Assembly: GCA_965644295.1 (NCBI GenBank)
Contig: CBFFRP010000074.1
Span: 123,140 to 187,139 of the forward strand
DNA: 64,000 nt
Direction: 5' to 3'
DNA from: Paraphysomonas bandaiensis
Lineage: Eukaryota; Protista; Chrysophyceae
A model generated the notes under the pieces. It had not been told where the DNA came from and did not search any database. It saw only the letters and a list, made by a program, of their open reading frames with translations. Below are positions 54,469-64,000 of this stretch, one piece after another (positions within the stretch are counted from its first letter, which is position 1; each line of letters opens with the position of its first letter). Both the position numbers and the translations under genes were made by a program.

Positions 54469-55699
54469 GATTACTTTGATTATTAAGATAACTGTAATAT
54501 AATGAGATTGATAGACATGTCCACTCAAATGCTTCTCATTATTTTCTCTGCCACTTATTTTCTATAACATATCTTTAACAGTCAAACTGAAATTTTGAGA
54601 ATGATTTGAATTTTAAATTTTTTTTTGTATATAGGCTCTCGGAATTCCGCTGTGTGTGTATTCCTGGTATTCTATTACTGTATTCAGAATTGTCCCAAAA
54701 GCCCAAAACCCAAAATACCAAACTACTATTTGAACTGTATAGTCAACACTGCTGCAGGCATGTGTATATGATATATGAGTGCAGTTGCTTAGAATATAGC
54801 CATATACTAACTGAGTATACATCTGAATGAGGTTATAACGAGTCTATGATATTCAGAGGCATATACGCTTGTGATTTCTCGTTTATTCTTTGTTTAGAAT
54901 GTTTCCTATATACACATTTTCATATGAAGTTTAGAGCATGAATGTAAAGTTGATGATAATACTACACGAATGCGAACAGAAGATTGTGCTTTGATATAGT
55001 GTGAATGTTTCTGTTCCAGAGCACTACATGTACCAGTGCTATAGCTTCATTGCGACGGTTGTCACTCTCTAGACTACCTACCACTGCGAACACAGCATAT
55101 GCAGGAGGTGTGTACCGAAGACACGGGCCACAGGTTGTCATCTCTAAAGTTGTACATGGACGATTGAATATGCTCTAGCTTATACTCGTAATTCCTTGTA
55201 TATACACAGCAAGCCGAATGGAGTTGTTGGAGAACTTTAATGCTAAATACGCTAGAAGAGAATCATTTTATACCAAGTGTTGCATGTGTTAGATGGATAA
55301 TGCTACGACCCATATGGTTGCGCTTCTTAATAATAAACATAGTCTGTTCATTCTTACTAATATGAATTCGATGTATTTAACTACGACATGAAAGGCTAGC
55401 TCCCTCGATAATGTTTTTCAGTGTATACTTCGTTTGGTACCTAGTCAGTAATATAGTAATATATATATCCACGCAAGATTTTACCACTATATTATTCGAT
55501 ATTATAACCAGGTTTGCATAATGAAGCTCATACCACTTCTGGACGATAAGAAAATTTCAACATTTAGAACAGGTAAATACTACAATACTACAGTATGTGC
55601 TTTCGCTTCAATGTTATAGAGTGAGAGCATCGATAAAGATATATTAGACAACTGCGTATAACATATACCAAGCTGTAATTATAATAAATTATCAATCAC

Positions 55700-57274
55700 T
55701 CATGATGTTTGAGTGTCTAGAAATGAAAGAAGCCTACTTGCTACGGTGATATTAATACTATTGCCTATCAATTCATACTGTTTTCGACGACTCACTGAGG
55801 GAGGGAAGGAAAACGAATTCGATGAGTCAGTAGATGTGAGAAGCGAGTTAAAACCAAAAAGTCTCAATAGCTCACTGGGAGAAAAGTAACGAAGAGAAAG
55901 ACGGCGTATTTGCTCTACCGTCCACTGCGGACTTTCAACATTCTCTGCTTCACATTCTTTTTCACCTTTATTCGCAGTAGAAGTGTCATCCTCATGGCAA
56001 GACGAAAGCGTTAGGGTGCTGGGGCTCGGCTTCGCTCGCTTGCACAGTGGTTCATCGTCACAGCATTTAGCAGTGCTTGTCGGTAACACGGACCCCACAG
56101 TGTCCACTGTACTGCCTTGCAAATTCTCACTGACATTGTTGTCCTTCATAAGCAGCACCGATCCAGTTCCACGTATGAATCTGGAATAGCCTTTTGTAAA
56201 GCAGGACGATGATGAATCACTGGGGGATACGATATCAAAGCACCATGCGCTAGGCTTATTCATCACACTGCTCGGAACCATTAATGACTCCTACAAGTGA
56301 CATGAACACGACTGAATAGCTGACCAATAACAGTGCCATGGTAATCATTCCATACCACAAAATTTGAACAAGTCATCTGCTTAATAACGACTTATATATA
56401 GCAATATATGAAACATAGTCATAACATACAATACACAGCTCGGGTACAACTTACAATATCAGGATCACTATCCAAATAATCTCCAATCGTACGCAACGCT
56501 TCTCCACCTATAACAGTTTCCTCTCCAGGGAGAGAGGTATGCAGTGAAGCGTCAGGAGCACTAAGAAGTCCATCACGGGAAGGATTTCCAGGCAACTGTC
56601 GGGAAGCGACACAGAAATATCTTGGGCGCCGATTCGGAATACCATATTGTAAAGGAGTCAGATGAAACTGCATGTATCCGTATTCTCTGCCCCTGTACAA
56701 TAATTTATACGTCAAACGCATTCCACAACAACAACGCAGATAGATCAAATGCAACACATTAATACATGACGACCGCCAACTGACCGCAAAACTTCTAAAA
56801 ATTTCTGACAGCACTCTGATCCCTCGAAGCCGCACACATTTTCTAGGACTATGTATCTGGGAGGGTTTTCCATCCGCTGAAGAGCAGAGGTCAAATGTAA
56901 AAACGCTTTGGAACGCGCATCCGCAGCATCTCTATGATCAGTCTTATTGTTGATTGTGAAGGGTTGGCATGGAGGAGACATGACCCACATATCAGCCTGA
57001 TATCCGTCCAGCTGACTCACTGTAAGACTATCTATACTTTTCTGTATCATAAATAAGTATTATACTGTGTATACATATTACAAATGATACATACAGCTGA
57101 CGGTGACTCTTTGAAGTTATGTAGATAGACTTCATTGGCCATGGGGCTCACATCGAATGCAGATACTATGGAATAGTTTGTAATACTAGAGGATTCTAAA
57201 GCACATCTCCATCCGCCAATACCACTAAAGAATTCCACTACTCGTAGAGCATTGTTTTGATTCACATCCTCCAT
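55700..57274 (-). CDS. TRDMT1: tRNA (cytosine-38-C5) methyltransferase DNMT2
   Basis: EFFSGIGG, MSPPCQPFT, LENV, QYGIPNRRPRYF, SCFTKGY (DNMT2 CFT motif), LRYFSPSEL and LIGNSIN. Confidence 0.93.
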
Positions 57275-57432
57275 AGTGTTGTTAGAATGAGGTTGTTAAA
57301 GCATTATAATGGTGTTAAAGTGAAGCCCATTCACTGGACTTGTATATAGTGGAATACAGCCATATCTGATATGATATATACAGCAGTTCATGCCTACCCG
57401 TACCTACCTACCTACCGACAAATGTCCATACG

Positions 57433-57656
57433 TACATACATACATACATACATACATACATACATACATACATACATACATACATACATACATACATACA
57501 TACATACATACATACATACATACATACATACATACATACATACATACATACATACATACATACATACATACATACATACATACATACATACATACATACA
57601 TACATACATACATACATACATACATACATACATACATACATACATACATACATACA
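57433..57656. repeat. (TACA)n microsatellite, ~56 units
   Basis: Perfect tetranucleotide run between two divergent genes. Confidence 0.98.
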
Positions 57657-57978
57657 TTCATATATACATACACCTGGTACATACAAAAAAAGTACAGCAG
57701 TGTATGTAATGCTAACAGTCATTTCAACGTACTGCAGTGTTAGGAAGATGATTCCCAGATTGATGAGATCAGTTCACCGCATGATATTTAACCAACTGTA
57801 TAAAGTAAAGAATACTCTTACTTCTTCTTCTTCTTGTAGCTACTAAGAGTTTGATTATATAATCTACCTTATTAATAAGTCTCTGGAACATTTCTCGCGT
57901 TCGATATTAAGGTATGAGATATGAGTTAAGATTGAGTTGTTATTAACAAATAATTCGTGTAAGACTTAAGCTATAAGT

Positions 57979-58824
57979 ATGTCTACTGAAACTGAACCTC
58001 AGTCACCCTTCTGGGGGAGTATCGTTACTATTGGTAAACACATCCTTGGAGGCATGGAGTATGTCGGTAAGTCACAATATACAAGCGTGTGTTTCTTGTT
58101 ATTGGTGACTCTGTGATGTATAGGTGAAATAGTGGTGAGTGTTTTTGGTTTAGACGATTCAAAGTTCCAGGATGTCATGGATGGCATGACTGAAGAGGAC
58201 TGGGAATATGCCAGACAGGTGTTTATATTATGAAATCATATTAATTTCTACATATTCCTTGTCAGCTTCTAACGCTATAATTGATACGCTGATAGGTGGA
58301 AAAGGAGCGCAAGCTGGACGATGCTATTCTCGAGGCAATGGAGGCCTTGGCTAGACAGAAAACAGGTCATCACAGATGCTGTGGCTTTGATGTGGCATAT
58401 GGTTGTGCGTACTGCGATTCTGCAATGTTGACGAAATTTATATACGGGACTATATGTGAACAGTGTGTTGCTTTAGCGAGTTGATCAATAGAAATTATTA
58501 TTATTATTGTGAGCCCGTATTATTGTTGTGAGCTATATTTTCTCAACATGTTGTTAAAGTTGATCTGTAAATTGGAAACCTAAGTGTCATGATGTAGGTG
58601 TTGCAGCTGAGGACGATGTTTCACTGGAATGTCTTACTGCTGAGGAGAAGGCACTTATTCGTAGTCAAGTCACGGATCAATTTCTTGTCACAGAAATGTC
58701 CTCTAATTCGAACCTACCGGAGGAGCAGGCAATTGTGAGAGATGAAGAATGTGGAGATGTCGCCCTACAAGACGGAGCAGTCTGTTTGCAGGACATCAAC
58801 CCCAAGGAAGGGAATGTGTACTAG
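57979..58824 (+). CDS. Small acidic FAM177-like protein (4 exons; mostly missed by the ORF track)
   Basis: In-frame splice reconstruction: MSTETEPQSPFWGSIVTIGKHILGGMEYV|GEIVVSVFGLDDSKFQDVMDGMTEEDWEYARQ|VEKERKLDD..KT|GVAAEDD..GNVY*. EYVGE..FG...KFQ resembles the FAM177 core. Confidence 0.65.
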
Positions 58825-59123
58825 GCAATGAAATATCGGGGAATGGGTGTATTACATCGAAGTGGCACTGTATCACGCGCACCCTTGATATCCTGTGTTC
58901 CTATGAAATATGTAGATATTATGTGCATAGTTCGAAAAAAGACATATCAATAATGTGATGAACTTGCTGTAGACTGATGAAAAGACCACATTGAGTGTAT
59001 TTTAAAATAAGTTTTTATTAGTTAAATATTAAACCCTTCTTATTGACATCGTACATGTATTGCCAAATTCCTCGCTGTCTATATAGTCTATACGTCTATA
59101 CAGATCATTATTTCATCGGTGGA

Positions 59124-59830
59124 CCTCAGCAAAAGTACCTATAGGTAGGTACCTATAGGAGACCTATAGGTACTTTATTAATTAAATCTCCTAGTACCTA
59201 TTAGGAACTTGTCTAGTACCTATAGGTACATTTTAGCTCAATAGGTAGTACCTATACCAGCTTCAGATAGGACCACCTATAGGTGGCAAGACCAGCTATA
59301 GGTGGGTCCTATTTCTTGGTACCTAATAATTGCATTAGGAACCCCTATTAGGCACTACCTTTTTGACCTATAGGTACTAAGCAAGTTCCTAATAATGACC
59401 TATAGGTACAAACAAGTACCTAATACGGACCTATAGGTACGACCTATACGTGTCCTATAGGTACTTAATAATTTCCTAATAGGTACTTATCGGTACCTAT
59501 AGGTACTACCTAGTATTGACATTGCTACCTATAGGTAGTAGTACCTATAGGTAGCAAGATCAGCTATAGGTGGGTCCTATTTCTTGGTACCTAACAATCG
59601 AATTAGGAACCCCTATTAGGTATTAATTTTGACCTATAGGTACTACCTAGATAGCTAACATATACCTATAGGTGTAGTACCTATAGGTGGCAAGACTAGC
59701 TATAGGTGGATCCTATTTATTGGTACCTAATAATCGTATTAGAAACCCCTATTAGGCACTACCTTTTTGACCTATAGGTACTACCTAGTTAGGTAACACA
59801 CACCTATAGTTGTAGAACCTACTAAATACC
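59124..59830. repeat. Array of ~16 CCTATAGG palindromes with three ~105-bp higher-order units; probable subterminal region of the adjacent transposon
   Basis: (GTA)CCTATAGG(TAC) recurs throughout. The longer units lie at 59275-59379, 59543-59645 and 59679-59783. Confidence 0.9.
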
Positions 59831-60052
59831 CTGCCTAGCCCAGCCTACAAACCACACACTGCTCATAAAACGCTATACAACATTAGTATCGTTTATAGAG
59901 AAGAGTACTAGACAAATCAAATCAGCATACACACTCGAAAGAACAGAAAACACACACTCGAAAGCGATATATGAATAAAATCGATAATAAAAAATAGCCA
60001 GCTTGAAAACTGACTATGCCTAACATCGGAGGAAATGGTTAATACACATACC

Positions 60053-61250
60053 TTACCAATCTTTCAAAACTACAGACGCCTCATCAGGCTCCTCAATGTA
60101 CTCTGAATTTTCGATCTTTTTCTTCTCTTTCTTCAGTAGTCTCCACGTACTGAAATATCTTGTTCTCTGGGAGTGGAAATAGAGAAATGCGCCTTCTTTT
60201 TCTAAGAAAGCGCGTCGTGATATTTTAATCGCATCAACTCTTGATTTGGCTCTCGATGCCAGATAAGCAGTCCAGGCATCACTACTGGTAGGGGGAGATT
60301 CGGACGCCTGCTGTAGTCGATCGTACAGCATCTCCTGAGCTGTCGACTCTATCATGGCGCTAGTTTCGTTAACAAACGTCATGGGATCACTGCTATCATT
60401 ATGACTATAAGCTCCAATTAAAACACAGACGGCTTCGACAGCAGTCTGCATGAAGGAATCTTCACTGTTCCATTGATGTTCTCGAGGGCAGTTACCTAGT
60501 CAAACAATGAGTTTATAGAAAACAAATATTTGACTTACCATCTTTCAAGGAATTTCTTAATTCCTCCTCGAATGCACTATCCAACCAGGGGGTCTGGTCG
60601 GTATAAAGAGCATGATAGCATAATCTAATCTTCGTTTTTAAATTATCAGCCACCTTTCGCACATATTTCATTACGTCTCTGTAAACTATGTGAGACATGT
60701 AATAATAACAGACTCAATCAAATACCTCGATGACGAAATTGCAGCTATGACACCGCTCTGAAGCATTGTTTCGTTCGGCACAAATGCTCCTTCTTTACAA
60801 GCTAGTTGAAATGCCTGTTATAATTAAGTCACATACTTATAAATATATTAAATTCACCTTATTATGGGGAGCTTGCATATCAATTCCGTTTTTTGATATT
60901 AGTGCAAGTATCAGCCGCATGAGGAGTTCCAAGTGTTCCTCAATGGGAGATATTTCCCCAGTGTCCAGTTTACAATGTAACCGAGCATACATCATCTCCT
61001 GATGATACGGGAGAAAGCTTGGGGATGAGGCAACCACGGCGGCACTCTGCTGCCCCACGACAAGATCTTCCCGGTACAAAACTGTCGACAATAACTTCGT
61101 CCTTACGTTCTTCGTCCGAAGACTGACATAAGGTTGCAAGGTTTCAATTTCTGACGATGAGTGACATTGCTCAGGTATAGTTATATTGGGCCTGCTGCAC
61201 AGAGGCTTCTTCCTGGGAGGTGACTGTGCAGTACAAATGTGCGATCCATT
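60053..61250 (-). pseudogene. Spliced gene of unknown function inside the element, 5' end apparently disrupted
   Basis: Minus-strand ORFs 60837-61139, 60513-60698 and 60053-60451 are separated by short intron-like gaps. No clean in-frame ATG was found. Confidence 0.4.
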
Positions 61251-61571
61251 TTACGGTTTCCACTGCGCTGCGCCATCTGATAACGATAATGATGATAATG
61301 ATAATAATGAATACGATAAATATGATGAAATAATAATGATTACATATATATATATATGACTGTTTATGGAATTCATCTTTCGGAAAGTGAAGAGACATTC
61401 ACATACTCTCACTTCGACTTCTGACTTCGAAGTTCTCACACTTCATTCTTCAGTTTGTTTTTTATGGTACTGCTGTATACTGTACATGGTATACATATAG
61501 CAGAGCACATATGTATACAAAACTGTGCAGAGGGATACACAAAGGTGTACACATGTACACTGTTGGATACA

Positions 61572-63853
61572 ATGTGGAAATGCGATGTGTGTAAACAAGT
61601 TTTTGATTCAGGTCAGAGTTTGTCACGTCATGAAAGATATTGCTTGCTATCGGAGAATTTTTTACCGAATAGAAAGCGAAAGACTTCAGCAGATAGTGGT
61701 CCTCAGAGCTACATCATTCGTGATGACGACAATAGTGATGATGAGTACAGTGACCATGATGAGGAGGACTCATATATTCCTACGTACTTATGGCAATATC
61801 AGATGAGGGGTGACTTACTGTGTCACAATTAACAGACTGTTAATTGTGAGTATCCGCTGAGAGGTGGTGTTTTTTATAACCCAACAGATTCATCTCAAGA
61901 GAGATGGACATACAATTGCTGAACGCTGTCGAAGTCTAAATAGTGGTCGGCTATCAGACAAGGAAGAGAAGGCTACTCGAAAGTCACTCGATGATAAATG
62001 CATCATGCCCTTCGTGAACGCCTTTCATCATTCGTTTATGGGCTGCAACAACCATTGTTTTAATAATCCTCAGGACTTGTTTCACCTATTTTGTGCTGGC
62101 ATTGCAAAAAGTCTTGTTCTTTGGATTCTTACCATTGTTGATAGCACAGGCAAAACTATGGACCCGACTTTCCACAACAGTAAGGGTGTGCTGGATGGTA
62201 GACTGATAATGATACCTCAAATTCCGAATATGCCACATGTAAATTGGACAGTCTTCAAGAAAGGGTTAATGCACATTATCTCTACTAAAAGCAAGAAAGA
62301 TAAAGGCCATTCCACTGGTTCTGGAGGCGGATATCGATCAAGCGAATTCATTACGGCACTTATACAGCTTTTATTAGCGGTAGGTTTTTAAAAATTCCAC
62401 GGTTCGTATCACTTTCCATGAGTTAGATAGGCACAGATGGCCAAGTTTTACCAACAGCTACGAACTACGTATTTTGTTGCAAGAATACGCGGCCCCGACG
62501 CGTTGGTAATTTGACAATGAAAGTTCTACAAGCAATTAAGGCGGTACTGAACGTCTATTTTGAGTGTAAAAGATGCTGTTTCACGAACCCTGATATTCTA
62601 CATGTGGAGCTTATATGCAATGATATGGTTGCAAAGGTTTTGCTAGTGTGGGACTTGAAGCAAACACTTCTTAACAACCAGCCATCATTTCCATTGATGC
62701 AAAAGCTTCATTCTGTTATGCATCTTTCATTTAACATTGCCATGTTTGGAGCCTTATCAAAGGCAGATGCTGGCTCTTGGGAATCGAGCAATCGCTATTT
62801 TACAACCGATAACTGGCGACGCACAAGTAGGAGATATGCTTCCTCAAATGAGGAGATGCTAAAATTATCTATCTGTCAAGATCATTCTCGATTACTGGAG
62901 TTTATTGCTGCATGCCACACTCATGACAATGCGTATATAAATTCACTAAAGCCAGAAGTTCCACCTGAAGTTGTTTTAGTATATCCAATGTGTAATGTAA
63001 AGCATGCAACTCTATGCGTTGGTGCAAATGGCTACTTATTCGCATGTGAAGAAGAGATAGAGTTGAATGATTTCATCGGGCACAAGGAATTAACAGTTTT
63101 TTCTCTAACAGATTTCTGTAGACGAGCTCTGGGTGAACAGGCTGGAACAGCCTATGTCGTGGTGATATATCTCTTAAGCTTATACAAGCTCTCACATACA
63201 ACGCAAACGAAGAGAGTGGTATCGGCAAAGGAAGTCATCATGCAATGAAGAAGACGAGGCGGCGAAAACAACGATTTGATTTTATATTCATTCAACTGGA
63301 AAATGGAGACAATCAACTGGCCCAAATAGTATCAATGTTACAACTGACATTTGAAAACGACATCAAGTATTTCTATATTGTTCAGTATATGGAACCGTGT
63401 GAAGTGAGTAGCCTTGCTTTTTTCCCCAAATACAGATGGGAAGTGCGTTACAATCGCCGACGCCAGCAGATATTTTGCCACGATATTATTGATTTTGAAA
63501 ATATTCTTGACACAGCATTTATTATTCCAGATTTTGCTCATGATGTAATTGCTGGAGAGCCGAATACAATAGATAGATTCTGGTATATTCCGAGGAAATT
63601 CTTTGACCGTTGTGGGTGGAATGATTTGGAAAATGCTGACTATAATCAGACCGAAGATATGGAGGTATATATGAACAGGAATGGCTCTGGTGCAATAGAA
63701 ATGCAGTGCAATATTATCCAAGAAAATAACCATGCTGCAAATAACATGATCGATTCTGACACTGATGACTCCTTACTTTCAGAAAACGAAAGTACAAGGA
63801 GTAGTAGTATATCTAGTGCCAGTGGCTCTGATAGTGAAGGTGACGGCATGTAA
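61572..63853 (+). pseudogene. Plavaka-like transposase pseudogene
   Basis: C2H2-like WKCDVCKQVFDSGQSLSRHERYC, PQDLFHLFCAGIAKSLVLW (DxxH), LDGRL..IP...FKKG, KLHSVMHL..IAMFG..SWESSNR and C-terminal RFDFIFI..IVQYM..TAFIIPDF. There is a frameshift near 63140 and the central domain appears to be missing. Confidence 0.7.
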
Positions 63854-64000
63854 TTCTATAATTTATATTCCCCTGCTTATTTAAGTGACGTGAATAGTCA
63901 TTATTCACAACTATAGTACAACTTACTGGTAATGGAATTGATTGCTAGCCATATAGGCACAATGCTTTATCCGTCCTAGGTAGATAGGCTATACTTCTTA

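Larger units (their letters stand above)
59124..64000. mobile_element. Decayed Plavaka/CMC-like DNA transposon (right end outside the window)
   Basis: A repeat-rich left end is followed by a divergent accessory gene and a disrupted transposase. The boundary is inferred and no second TIR is visible. Confidence 0.6.

Noticed and set aside
55270-55420. Possible IS630/Tc1-type transposase remnant (MDNATTH)
   Set aside because: Only one short motif is present. No supporting PxYSPxLNPIE motif or TIRs were seen.
57371-57743. ORFs of YIHT/MYVC repeats
   Set aside because: These are translations of the (TACA)n microsatellite.
59124-59830. CRISPR-like reading of the palindromic array
   Set aside because: Spacing is irregular, the intervening sequences are themselves repeated rather than unique spacers, there are no cas genes, and the context is eukaryotic.

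Overview
This is gene-dense eukaryotic nuclear DNA with many short (mostly about 43-60 nt) spliceosomal introns, probably from a stramenopile-type protist (inference). It holds about 17 host protein-coding genes, often in head-to-head pairs. In order: a ~1,800-aa U-box/dynamin-like GTPase/ARM-repeat fusion, SNAPC1 with a 417-bp internal tandem repeat, RNase H2B, a two-repeat CatSper/BacNav-like cation channel with EF hands, a POT transporter, NF-YC, divergent mitochondrial F1 ATP synthase delta and beta, a GGACT/AIG2 protein, an SLC37-like MFS transporter, dephospho-CoA kinase, ALG1, an NT-C2/coiled-coil/PH protein, a small basic nuclear protein, tRNase Z, eIF4A, DNMT2 and a FAM177-like gene. 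The main non-coding structure is a nested inverted-repeat locus at 44.4-49.8 kb, in which two convergent identical tRNA-Gln(CUG) genes flank a 901-bp near-perfect palindrome. There is also a dispersed repeat family with a conserved hairpin core (4 copies), a TACAGCAGT motif enriched upstream of genes, and short locally copied fragments. At the right end is a decayed Plavaka/CMC-like DNA transposon preceded by a dense array of CCTATAGG palindromes. Exon boundaries were read by eye and no database searches were run.
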